This document shows, in pieces, positions 24,201 through 36,250 of a stretch of DNA of 64,000 bases. This DNA comes from Macrostomum lignano. Its lineage: Eukaryota. The DNA lies in NCBI GenBank assembly GCA_002269645.1, contig NIVC01000435.1, positions 62,001 through 126,000 of the forward strand, in the 5' to 3' direction. The notes below the pieces were generated by a model. The model saw only the letters and a program-made list of their open reading frames with translations. It was not told the DNA's origin and did no database searches. Position 1 is the first letter of the stretch; each line of letters begins with the position of its first letter. A program made the translations under genes and the position numbers.

Positions 24201-25239
24201 AAATTGTATCCGAGAAAGAAAAGTAGATTGAAATTCTGAAAAAAATTTAGCGTGATCCCAGCTGAGTAAGACTACATTCTACTGATAAGATTTTTCCCAA
24301 TCTTAAATGAATAGGAAATTGAAATTGCATCAGACGGTTAACATCAAATGCTAGTCCGTTAAACAGGGAGGTTTTTTGTAACTGAGTTTCTCCAGAGTCG
24401 GAAGTGGTTTTTGGTTTGCACCTGTACATCACATGTTTAATCTAGTTTGCCTAGGATTACCAGTTGTGAAAGACAGAAAAATTAAAGATTGTTTTTAAAA
24501 ATTAAACGTATTGTTTCTCATGCTGCTCATTTTCTCTGTATTCGGTGAAAGTCAAAATTAAATAACACTTTTTATAGTTATTATTGGCTTCAATCACTTT
24601 TCTATTTTTTTCCGCACATCGATTCGATATCTTGTTTTATTTATCATTATGCGTGTTTTTTATTAATCAAAAACTGGGTGTTGGGGTTGAAGTTGAACAC
24701 AGGTGCTGTGTTAGGCCCATATAAGGCCTATTTGTGTGTATCTAATCAAATGTTTTTCTAAACACTTTTCCTTATATTATTGTTGCGCTTGTAAATTCTC
24801 CTTTAATATTTTGTTGTGCTGGCTTTCATAAACATAAACAATAATGAGCAGATATCTTTATCCAGAACGCGCCACCTTTGTGTCAGTGGCTCTGTGTGTT
24901 GTTTTTTAGAGAATAAATAACACTTTTTTTCTATCAAATAAAACAACAAGCGTAAGATTGAAGACATCCTAGCTCATTATAATGACTTTATTCAGGTGTT
25001 TGCAGTTTGCACTAAACACAATTGTTAGCTAAAAACCCTTTTTTCTTCATAGTTGCTTGATAAAAAAACCTGAGGTTGCAATTTATTCTTGGATTTTCTA
25101 GCAGTTCCATTCAGATCTCTTTATAGAATTTATGAAATTTCTACAAAATGGCACTTACGGGTAGGGTACCATACTAAAAAATTCTCAGTTTCGATAATTG
25201 GGATCATAGATTACAGATTTAAAAGGATAGGAGTGGGGA

Positions 25240-25500
25240 TTACAGGTTTAGGATATTTGGGAGTGGGGATCACATATTTGGGATATTTGAGAGTGGGGAT
25301 CACAGATTTAGGATAATTGAGAGTGGATAAACAGGTTTGGAATATTTGAGAGTGGGAATCATAGATTTGGAATATTTGAGAGTGGGGATAAAAGATTTGG
25401 GATATTTGAGAGTGGGGATCACAGATTTGGGATATATGGGAGTTGGGATCACAAATTTGGAGAACTGGGAGTGTGGATCACAGATTTGGGAGAATGGGAG
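25240..25500. repeat. 30-bp degenerate minisatellite (GAGTGGGGATCACAGATTTGGGATATTTGA)
   Basis: Period 30 (25261/25291). Confidence 0.85.
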
Positions 25501-25746
25501 TGCAGTGGGAAGTGCTAGGGAGAATCAAATGATATTAAGGGTTAGAATAATATATCAAGTGGAGATTGAGCGATTGAATGGGAGCAGAGATGGAGGTCGA
25601 GTGTTTGAGCAATCGATTCCTTGGATCAAGCGATGTCTTTTTAAGTTCAGTTACTTACTCAAAGTAAGTTCAGCTTCAACAGTAAAAATCTATTAGCTAC
25701 AGAAGTCTAATTTAGATGCTACATGTACACATATTACTCGCAGTAG

Positions 25747-28700
25747 TCACAGCTGTGCCACGGTCAGCATGCCGGTGAAGCAGACGGTTGCAGCGGTGAA
25801 GCCGCCCAGAGCCAGGTAGAGCACTCCAGCCGGGCCGACGCTTGGCGATATCAGCAGGTGGCCGGCCAGTGCTGGCAGCACCGAGACACCCAACTGGCTG
25901 CCGATGGTCCAGCTGCAGGCCAGAGGCCCGGTGACATCAAGCCGCTCCTCCAGCCAGGAGATGCCGCCGGCGTAGATGCTGGCGACGGCCAGGCCGAACG
26001 CCGCTGTGCTGGCGGACGTCAGCCAGGCTGGGGCGCCGGCGTCCAGCGAGAAGTCGCCAGCCAGGAGGCAGAGCGTTGCTAGGGAGATCTGCAGGTGAGT
26101 TCGAGAGCGAGGATTATGTTAGTAAATATTTTTACATTTTTACAGGTAATCAAGATACAGTTAAAAATGTGACTCTGACGGCGATGACATTGGAAAGTGA
26201 ACGACAATATCCAAACGCTACAATGAGAGTGAATGACAGTGTCCCTAAGCTTCGGGGAGTGAATGACAGTGTCCATTAAGCTTCAGGGAGTGAATGACAG
26301 TGTCCATTAAGCTTCAGGGAGTGAATGACAGTGTCCACTAAGCTTCAGGGAGTGAATGACAGTGTCCACTAAGCTTCAGGGAGTGAATGACAGTGTCCAC
26401 TAAGCTTCAGGGAGTGAATGACAGTGTCCACTAAGCTTCAGGCAGTGAGTGACAGTGTCCACTAAGCTTCAGGGAGTGAATGATAGTGTCCACTAAGCTT
26501 CAGGCAGTGGATGACAGTGTCCCTAGGCATCATAAAGTGAATGACAGTGTCCCTAAGTTTCAAGGAGTGAATGAGTGTCTCTAAGCTTCAGGGAGTGAAT
26601 GACAGTGTCCATTAAGCTTCAGGGAGTGTATGATAGTGTCCACTAAGCTTCAGGGAGTGAATGGCGATGGCAAACATGAGTTCATTAAGCGAGACTAGAA
26701 TCATAAAGCAATGCCGGTGCCCCAAGCGCCAGACAGCGGACATAAAAACCAATACTCCGACCTGGCAGGCGGCCAAATCCGCAAGCAGCAGAGTCGTAGG
26801 CCGCACGCACCGGGCCAGCGCCACGCCAAGGCAGCGGCCGGCCAGAAAGCCGCCAAAGAAGGCCGCATTCAGCGAAGTCAGGCGCAGCCGGCTGCACACT
26901 CCGTAGGCATTGATAAACGACCAAAACACGTTTTCAACTCCGACAAAGCAGAAATAGAAGGCGACAGTCAGGGCTACCAGGAGGCGGCGTCGCCAGAGCG
27001 GCAGCGACCCGGGCTTGCTAGCGACACTCGCTGGTAGTAGAACTTCCACTTCCACGACAGCTAATTTAGTCTTGATTGTCGCAGGCGGCACAAGTCGGTG
27101 TCGACAGGCTAGCAGTGCGAGAAAGCCCACAGCTGCCAGAGCTTGAGCAGCGTGCACCACAGCGAATGGTGCAAATATTGGTAGATGCAGAGTCGGCTGC
27201 GACCGACTGCTGACGCTGCTGGCAGTGCTGGATTGCGTGTAGTTCATCAGAGAGTCAACTGTTGAGTTAAATACAGCTTCCGGGTCTGATGATGGAGCTT
27301 GACAGAGGCTGAGACGAAGACTGTCCAGGGTTGAGTTAGCTGTGTCTTCGCTGACGGCAATGTTGTCGACGGGAAACGGTGGGCTTTCCGCCGCTGGCGG
27401 TTGCCAGTTGCGAAACTGGTGCAGCAGCGCCGGGGCGGAGAGGGCGCCCAAGGCCACGGCCAGGTGCAGAGACTGAAGCACCGGGCGGGAGTGCTGCGAG
27501 CCGAATAGCACGATGACCAGAATGCCGTCGGCTGCGGGTCGGTCACGTGACATTGGACCTAAGCTGTCAGGAGTTCAGAATTTATGTACTTTTGTCACAA
27601 CTCTCATACAGGGTGTGCATCGATTCTGACCTAGAAAAATTGTAATTGCTCTTGATTGGAGGCAGACCCAATGTTCTTCGTTTGATATGACTTAATTTGA
27701 ATGACGTGTGTGTAGGCAGGGACAACTAAAACTAGTTTAAGTTGTCCCTGGTGTGTAGGCTAAAAATTAATATAGAATCCCTATTTTCTAAACACATATC
27801 ATATATCAGTAATATCAATAGAGTATCATTAGAGCTATATAAGAAAGGCACAACATATCATACCCTTCCTGACCTTAAATATCCTAGCCTCCCTGACCTT
27901 AAATATCCTCACCCTCCCTGACCTTAAATATCATCACCCTCCCTGACCTTAAATATCCTCACCCTCCCTGACCTTAAATATCCTCACCCTAACTGACCTT
28001 AAATATCCTCACCCTAACTGACCTGAAAATCCTCCGATATAACTCTCCATTCAACCTTTAACCGAGTTCCATCTCACCAGTCTCAAGCGCGCTCTGGCCG
28101 GCGCCCAGCACCCCGGACAGCGTCAGCGATGTCCACAGACTCCGCGCCATCGGCAACGCCAGCAGAGCGGCAGCACAGATTAGATTTGCCGCCACTAAGA
28201 AGCCCAGCCTCTGCCTGGACTTTGGCAGCGAAGGAATGGCGAATCCGGTGACTATAGCGAGTAGGCAAGCGGCGGCCGATTTGACGGTGAACCAGAGACC
28301 CATGACGCGGAGACTGGCGCCGACTCGGCTGGCCAGGACCAGCAGGCAGCCGCCAGGCAGAGCGTTGGCCGCTCCGGTGGCGGCATGGGCGAGCCACATG
28401 AACAGCAGCGGCGCCCAGTGCCGGCGCAGCACCAATCGCATCTGGTTTTTTTTAATAAAAATATTTTCGCTAGTCTGTAAGAGTTCGTCTACTGACTAGT
28501 AGAATGTAAAGCGTTTGAAGAAAAAAATCTTGCAGTGATTTGCGCAGTTCTCAGCATATGGCTATATTTAATGCTTTACAATGCGCCAGCACCAAGGGGC
28601 GCCAGCACCAAGGGGCGCCAGCACCAAGGGGCGCCAGCACCAAGGGGCGCCAGCACCAAGGGGCGCCAGCACCAAGGGGCGCCAGCACCAAGGGGCGCCA

Positions 28701-31253
28701 GCACCAAGGGGCGCCAGCACCAAGGGGCGCCAGCACCAAGGGGCGCCAGCACCAAGGGGCGCCAGCACCAAGGGGCGCCAGCACCAAGGGGCGCCAGCAC
28801 CAAGGGGCGCCAGCACCAAGGGGCGCCAGCACCAAGGGGCGCCAGCACCAAGGGGCGCCAGCACCAAGGGGCGCCAGCACCAAGGGGCGCCAGCACCAAG
28901 GGGCGCCAGCACCAAGGGGCGCCAGCACCAAGGGGCGCCAGCACCAAGGGGCGCCAGCACCAAGGGCGCCAGCACCAAGGGGCGCCAGCACCAAGGGGCG
29001 CCAGCACCAAGGGGCGCCAGCACCAAGGGGCGCCAGCACCAAGGGGAGCCAGCACCAAGGGGCTTTAGCCATCAAAAAAATATAATTTTGCCAGACTATG
29101 TGGCGGGCCACAGCCCATCTTCCCCCTGGCCACGCCTCTAAAAGTGCGCATGCATGTACATGTACATTCACTCACGGGAACGGATTTGCCAGGCACTGCA
29201 GCGCAACCAGTGGAAGCTGCAGCCTCAATACGACTTAGATCAGCGGCAGTCTCTGGTGGATCAATAGATTTATCCAATAGGCAGTTCTCCCTGATGCTAA
29301 TCGAATAGTCCTTCTCTTGCTGTTCCGGCTGTTGCACTTCTTCTGTACTGCTTCTGCTGCTGCTGCTGCTGCTGCTACTAGAAGCCAGCAAGCCATACTC
29401 GACTGAATCTGCTGGTTCTGATGAATCTGGCAAAGAAATTGTTTTGGCTTTTTGGTTCGACTGGCTTGTCTGGTAGCTTGCTGTGTTCTAGATATTGTAG
29501 TAACGGAGACAGTTCCGCCTAGTAATTACCGAAACATTCCACCTGAGCAATTGAGACATTTTCCCTTAGCAACTGACATATTTGTCCCTTAGCAATTGAG
29601 ACATCTTCCCTTAGCAATTGATTCATCTTTTCCTTAGCAACTGAGACATTTTTCCCTTAGCAACTGAGACATTTTTCCCTTAGCAATTGAGACATTTTTC
29701 CCTTAGCAATTGAGACATTTGTCCCTTAGCAACTGACACATTTTTCCCTTACGATTGAGACATATTTCCCTTAGCAATTGATTCATCTTTTCCTTAGCAA
29801 CTGAGACATTTTTCCCTTAGCAACTGAGACATATTTCCCTTAGCAATTGATTCATCTTTTCCTTAGCAACTGAGACATTTTTCCCTTAGCAACTGAGACA
29901 TTTTTCCCTTAGCAATTGAGACATATTTCCCTTAGCAATTGATTCATCTTTTCCTTAGCAACTGAGACATTTTTCCCTTAGCAACTGAGACATTTTTCCC
30001 TTAGCAACTGAGACATTTTTCCCTTAGCAATTGAGACATATTTCCCTTAGCAATTGATTCATCTTTTCCTTAGCAACTGAGACATTTTTCCCTTAGCAAT
30101 TGAGACATTTTCCCTTAGCAACTGAGACATTTTTCCCTTACCAATTGATTCATATTTTCCTTAGCAACTGAGACATTTTCCCTTAGCAACTGGGAGACAT
30201 ATTTACCTAGCAATTGAGACATATTTCCCTTAGCAACTGAGACATATTTACCTAGCAACTGAGACACTATTCCCTTAGCAACAGAGACATTTTTCCCTTA
30301 GCAACAGAGACATTTTCCCTTAGCAACTGACACATTTTTCCCTTACGATTGAGACATATTTCCCTTAGCAATTGATTCATCTTTTTCTTACCAACTGAGA
30401 CATTTTTCCCTTAGCAACTGAGACATTTTCCCTTAGCAACAGAGACATTTTTCCCTTAGCAATTGAGACATTTTCCCTTAGCAACTGAGACATTTTTCCC
30501 TTAGCAACTGAGACATTTTTCCCTTAGCAACTGAGACATTTTCCCTTAGCAACTGAGACATTTTTCCCTTAGCAATTTAGACATATTTCCCTTTGCAATT
30601 GAGACATATTTCCCTTAGCAACTGAGACATATTTACCTAGCAACTGAGACACTTTTCCCTTAGCAACTGAGACACTTTTCCTTAGCAACAGAGACATTTT
30701 CCCTTAGCAACTGACACATTTTTCCCTTACGATTGAGACATATTTCCCTTAGCAATTGATTCATCTTTTTCTTACCAACTGAGACATTTTTTCCCTTAGC
30801 AACTGAGACATTTTCCCTTAGCAACTGAGACATTTTTCCCTTAGCAACTGAGACATTTTCCCTTAGCAACAGACATTTTCCCTTAGCAATTGAGACATAT
30901 TTCCCTTAGCAATTGATTCATATTTTCCTTACCAACTGAGACATTTTTCCCTTAGCAACTGAGACATATTTACCTAGCAACTGAGACACTATTCCCTTAG
31001 CAACTGAGACATTTTTCTTAGCAACTGAGACATTTTGCCTTAGCAACTGAGCATTTTCCCTTAGAAACTGAAACATTTCTTAGCAAATGAAGACATTACT
31101 CTACAAACCGAAATATTTTTGCTTTGACAACTTCCGTAAAAGGAGTTGGAACATGCTGATGCTACGCCTTCAAATATTCGAGTACATGTACTTTTATAAG
31201 AAGCAATATTATACCGATCATATTAAATCAATTAGAAATTTAATCTTACCCAT
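25747..31253 (-). CDS. MFSD4: MFS transporter, MFSD4/NaGLT1-like, ~576 aa; complement(join(25747..26088,26762..27531,28078..28441,29176..29426,31250..31253))
   Basis: Multiple TM helices. LETADGILVIVLFG...PVLQSLHLAVALGALSAP matches the MFSD4 pattern LDTGGNVL...GPYMQALHFSFALGAFLAP; YFCFVGVENVF and ASIYAGGISWLE also fit. Phases are consistent (1,0,1,0). The 4-nt first coding exon and the exon-4 acceptor (27531 vs 27558) are inferred. Confidence 0.8.
26228..26660. repeat. 31-bp minisatellite (AAGCTTCAGGGAGTGAATGACAGTGTCCACT) in MFSD4-like intron 4
   Basis: Period 31 (26341/26372). Confidence 0.95.
27870..28025. repeat. 25-bp minisatellite (CCCTCCCTGACCTTAAATATCCTCA) in intron 3
   Basis: Period 25 (27901/27926), ~6 copies. 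Confidence 0.9.
28583..29062. repeat. 17-bp GC-rich minisatellite (GCGCCAGCACCAAGGGG), ~28 copies, in intron 2
   Basis: Near-perfect period 17; stop-free, so it creates spurious ORFs in all six frames. Confidence 0.98.
29545..31080. repeat. ~23-bp minisatellite (TTCCCTTAGCAACTGAGACATTT) with variant sub-units, in intron 1
   Basis: ~1.5 kb. A variant GATTCATCTT unit recurs at intervals, giving higher-order structure. Confidence 0.95.
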
Positions 31254-32109
31254 TTACAGTGTGTGACAGTTCCAACAACAATCCTAACCTTCAGCTTGTT
31301 GAAGCCAGTATTGTATTATCTAAGCTGTAAGGCTCTCCCTACATAAACATAAACATACGCATGGCGAGAGCCTGACCTGAAGCAGTGCACCCACAGTAAG
31401 TTGTTTTTTGCCAGTTAATACTGGTCAAACCCTGCACTGCCACCTCCCCAGTCGCCAATTGATGCAAAAAACTGGCTGATGCAATGTACACTCTTGCTCT
31501 GTGGGGTTGGGGGGTGGGGAGTCAATGTACATTAGCTGCTTTAACAAGACTAATAAAACTCTTTGCAAATGTACTTTTTTCTCTCTCCCCTTCCCTCTCC
31601 TGGCTTCTGCGAGAGCTGAAAGAGACGGACAGACAGTTTTTTTCCTCTTAATCCCTACAATCTACTCAAGTAATCAAGTTTTCGTACTGTACATTTGAGG
31701 ATACACTCGAAGGCGAAGCTGTGTAAACTGGATTGTTGCAAAGCGCAAACCGCCATTTAGAAAAACTTACAGATTATTAACTCAGATTTAGCAACGCAAA
31801 AAGCATCACGTGTGCATTGTATACTGCATATACTGCATACTGCATATACTGTATCTTAATTGCATGAACTATGGACTTCGGACTTTGAATTAATCACGAT
31901 GATGATAATAATCTTAATAAAATAGCAAATAGATTAATAATTCCACTCTTGCTTTTTGTATTAGCTTATGTGAAATGTAGTTTATGCAAGTTAGTATAGC
32001 CAGTTTCAAAAAGATTCGTGTTCCAATTTTAAATATTTTTAACCTTCGTTTCACCCGAAAACAGTTTCATACTCATAAATGCATACCATGCTTTACTTTA
32101 ATAAACATT

Positions 32110-32860
32110 TTGTCTGATGTACAGTTGGGTGAGTGTGTCACACCTGGCTGCTGAGTGTCTGATGTACAGTTGGGTGAGTGTGTCACACCTGGCTGCTGTG
32201 TCTGATGTACAGTTGGGTGAGCGTGTCACACCTGGCTGTTGTGTCTGATGTACAGTTGGGTGAGCGTGTCACACCTGGCTGTTGTGTCTGATGTACAGTT
32301 GGGTGAGTGTGTCACACCTGGCTGCTGAGTGTCTGATGTACAGTTGGGTGAGTGTGTCACACCTGGCTGTTGAGTGTCTGATGTACAGTTGGGTGAGTGT
32401 GTCACACCTGGCTGTTGTGTCTGATGTACAGTTGGGCGAGTGTGTCACACCTGGCTGTTGTGTCTGATGTACAGTTGGGTGAGTGTGTCACACCTGGCTG
32501 TTGTGTCTGATGTACAGTTGGGTGAGCGTGTCACACCTGGCTGTTGTGTCTGATGTACAGTTGGGTGAGTGTGTCACACCTGGCTGCTGTGTCTGATGTA
32601 CAGTTGGGTGAGCGTGTCACACCTGGCTGTTGTGTCTGATGTACAGTTGGGTGAGCGTGTCACACCTGGCTGTTGTGTCTGATGTACAGTTGGGTGAGTG
32701 TGTCACACCTGGCTGTTGAGTGTCTGATGTACAGTTGGGTGAGTGTGTCACACCTGGCTGTTGTGTCTGATGTACAGTTGGGTGAGTGTGTCACACCTGG
32801 CTGTTGTGTCTGATGTACAGTTGGGTGAGTGTGTCACACCTGACTGTTGTGTCTGATGTC
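32110..32860. repeat. 43/45-bp minisatellite (GTCTGATGTACAGTTGGGTGAGTGTGTCACACCTGGCTGTT[GT/GAGT])
   Basis: Periods 45 and 43 (32112/32157/32200), ~17 copies. Confidence 0.97.
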
Positions 32861-34018
32861 GGATATCGAGTAAGGTGTACAAATACTGCAATCATGTCGT
32901 GTGGCTAAAGAATGATTAAATAACCAACAATAGAATGGCACCAAACAGAAATGTTGTTTGTACACAAAAACAAAAAAATTTTAACAGAAGAAGCATAGAG
33001 CATTGCTGCAACAACCGCCATTGATTTATTTCGGAGCTCGTCCGAAAAAAACTAAAAGTACACATAGAAAGTACACCCTGTACTCTCTGCGTTTTTTTTC
33101 AAAGGGCAAAATTATGGCAAATAGATGAATGAAGTTTCATTAAAATCAAAACCCAAGTCAAAAGAGTCACGTTAAAAAGGTTATTATATATCTTTAAGAA
33201 GTGATAATGGCATCCGGACACCTACCAAAGACTCCTCAGTATTGATTTCCCTATAAGTGCTGGTCTCAATAATGCATATTATCAGTGAATAGCGAGTTCC
33301 ATATCCCAGCGACACCAGGATAAAAGCAAAAACAATTTGAATCACACACACAAAACTAGAAAACCAATAATATTGTAATAGATAGACATTTGCTACTAAA
33401 ATACAAAATCAAATTAGCGCGCATGGGAAAGCGATTTAAACAAAAAATCTGGATTTACATAACAGCGGTTTGTGTAGCTTACAGTCTGACTATCCACTGT
33501 CTATCTGCTTGTAAGGGCAGGTTTGGTTTAGCGTAAATATAAAAAATAAAAAGTACATATTTCTCTCCGATCCAATACTCAAGTCAAAATTGCGAAAAGC
33601 ATTCATGAACTTATTGACAGAATTAATCAAACGATTTAACAATAAATCAGCCACTCCTCTATTTAATATTAGTACGACAAAGAAGTACTTTCGTTCAATA
33701 AAATTTAATTTTAATTTAAATTCGCGCTAAAACTACTTGCAGTTCGTGAAAAACGATTTTGGCGCGAGTTTAAAAAATTAAATTAAATTTATCAAATAAA
33801 TGTACAATAATTTTTTTGCGTTTAAACCTTCCAAGTACTACTAAAAGTAGAAAAACTGGACTCTGCTTACATGAAACTTTGTTTTATGCATGACTCCAGT
33901 TTTTCACTTAAGGAGTCGTCCTTGAAAATTTGGCGCAAAAATATATTTTTTTGACGCAGCAACTTCGAAAATGAGTCACGCGGTAATAAAATCACCATTA
34001 TAGAAATCAATAATTCAT

Positions 34019-34969
34019 TTATTGATTAGCCAACGGAGGCGGCCGCTCCGGCACCAGCGAAGTGATGAAGGCCACAAGCGTAGTTAGTAGAGCGTCCAAA
34101 AAGGCCGCCAAAGTTTCTGTTAGAGTGGCGGCGCGCTGCGGTGGCGCCGGGCCCGGCGCCTCTTGCGAAGCGCCAGATTCCGATGGCGCACCGGCAGCGT
34201 CGGGCTCGGTGACCTCAGCTGGAGCGGCTGCTGGAGGCGCTGCCGCTTCAGCAGCGGCTGGATTTCTCACAAACAGCCGGTGCAAAAACCCAGCCTGAAT
34301 AACTTGCATAACAAAGAATATAGCGAAAGCGCTGATTGCTTTGCCAGCCGAACTATAATAGAAAATGATTAACGACATCAAGGCGCAACGGACGGCAATG
34401 TGAAACCATTCGCGTATACCGCCAGCACCACCGTTCACTCGGGCTTCGGCTGCGTCCAGGGCGGCGGCGCCTCCATCCAGTTCGGCTGCAGGATCTGGGG
34501 CTATCGGGAGTTGCTGTTGTTGTTGTTGCTGCTGCTGCTGCTGTTGCGGCTGGAACCTCTGGCGCACGCAGTCGCGATAATGAGTCAGCACATATTGCGA
34601 GTACTCATGCCACAGTGCTGACAGCTCGTCATTGTTGTCATGATTACTACTATGAGCAATCAATGATGCCGAGGCACCCATGGACATGGCTGGAGCGCTG
34701 ATGCTTCTAGCTGGCGATGAGCAAGCGCCGCCTGGCAACACCAGGTGTACAACTCGAGCTGGCGCCTGGCTTTGGCCCAATGCCTGGCCAAGCGGCTCCT
34801 CGTTGTCTAGCAACCGGCCAGCATATACAATTCGTTGAGTGTCGGCCGCTGGCCTGCCCGGATACACCTGGCTAAGGTGCTGCTTCAATTCGGACACTCG
34901 CCAGTTGGCTTGGCAACTAATGCTGACATCTCTCTCGCGACCAGATGGGCAGCGGATTGTGATCTCCAT
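34019..34969 (-). CDS. HERPUD: Herp (HERPUD1/2-like) ERAD ubiquitin-like membrane protein, 316 aa, intronless CDS
   Basis: N-terminal Ubl (WRVSELKQHLSQVYPGRPAADTQRIVYAGRLL), hydrophobic LMSLIIFYYSS...MQVIQAGFL segment, and C-terminal FITSLVPERPP, all typical of Herp. Confidence 0.9.
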   Translation of the reverse strand: MEITIRCPSGRERDVSISCQANWRVSELKQHLSQVYPGRPAADTQRIVYAGRLLDNEEPLGQALGQSQAPARVVHLVLPGGACSSPARSISAPAMSMGASASLIAHSSNHDNNDELSALWHEYSQYVLTHYRDCVRQRFQPQQQQQQQQQQQQLPIAPDPAAELDGGAAALDAAEARVNGGAGGIREWFHIAVRCALMSLIIFYYSSAGKAISAFAIFFVMQVIQAGFLHRLFVRNPAAAEAAAPPAAAPAEVTEPDAAGAPSESGASQEAPGPAPPQRAATLTETLAAFLDALLTTLVAFITSLVPERPPPLANQ

Positions 34970-35389
34970 GGCAACTAGATGTGCAATGCATAAATTTTTA
35001 CAAAATTATCTTATTTTTTATACAAAATAGATAATAAGCTTCATAATTTTTCCATGATACTTTTAAGCTAGGCATATTAGAATAATATAAATATTCCAAA
35101 GTCTCTGCTATCTCATTATTTGGTTCTAATTATTTGGGTGAACCTATTTATCAGCTTAGGTAATTAGGTCAGGTTGGATTACTGTCTGTTTAAATCAAGT
35201 GACTCTTAAACTACAAGTGAAAAAGGTGAGAGGTTGAATAAGTGGCAAGGAAGGTTAGGTTCTGGCTTGGTTTTAATATTGGTTTATTTAGAATTTTTAG
35301 TCTTTTGCATTAGAGAATGATTCAGATAGTACATGACTACTTTTTATTGGCTGAGATTGAGTTGTGTCCTTGGGCTTAGCAACTAATTT

Positions 35390-35560
35390 TTGTTTGTTGG
35401 AGTGCATTGATTGGTTGGAAATATATTCAAATTTGCTTGTTAAAGTGCATTGATTGGTTAGAAATACATTAAAATTTGCTTATTGGAGTGCAATAATTGA
35501 TTAGAAAAGGATTAAAATTTGCTTGTTAAAGTGCATTAATTAGTTAGAAATATATTCTTT
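35390..35560. repeat. 43-bp tandem repeat x4
   Basis: AGTGCA(T/A) anchors at 35401, 35444, 35487 and 35530. Confidence 0.8.
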
Positions 35561-35689
35561 TAGGGCCAAAATGTATGACTTTAATTATACAATATATAAA
35601 ACAGTTTGGGTATAGATAAGCAAAGTAAGATCTAAAATTATATTCTAATAGGTATCAAAAAGTAGAGACAAACAAAAGAAAACAAGTAA

Positions 35690-36250
35690 CAAGATGGCCA
35701 CATACCAAGATAGCCACAGCTCTAAATGTTTAAATAGATAATAATAAGACTAGGTACATATATTTAACTCCTTTCCTTTTTTAGTAATTAGGAAAATAGA
35801 CGTTATAATAGAATTGTATTATAATCATTCCATTTGGACTTTAGCCTAGCTTTTATTGTAGCCTGACCTATAGGGGCCTACCTATTTATCCACTACATGA
35901 AGCAAGTAACCTAACACAAAATAAATACCCTATGACATTCCCATATTTATCCTAATTATTTGCATAGCTAGCATTATCATTAGCAATAGTTTCTTAATAA
36001 ACTGATCGTGATAGATTTGATAGATGTGATGATAGAGAATAAATTGGCAAAAACACTAAAAAATATTAAAGGTTTTTTATTATAAGCAGGCCTAATTAGT
36101 TTCAAATCTATTATTGTATTAGTATTTATGAATATAATTGATTAAACAAAAATAATTTAATATATTATATTGCTAATTTATGATAGATAGAAAGAGAATA
36201 GATATAATAAATACTCAATGTTGTGGCCATCTTGGTGTATGGCCATCTTG
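35690..36250. mobile_element. Possible degenerate MITE bounded by ~30-bp inverted repeats
   Basis: caagatggccacataccaagatagccaca (35690) vs tgtggccatcttggtgtatggccatcttg (~36222-36250). No TSD seen. Confidence 0.45.

Noticed and set aside
28535-29171. GAPAPRGASTKGRQHQ / WCWRPLVLAPLGAGAP ORFs
   Set aside because: Artefact of the 17-bp repeat, open in all six frames.
11455-34969. Apparent functional cluster of ER/Golgi membrane genes (NERD1-like, SARAF, MFSD4-like, HERPUD)
   Set aside because: Mixed orientations and no shared pathway; membrane genes are common, so adjacency is weak evidence without synteny data.
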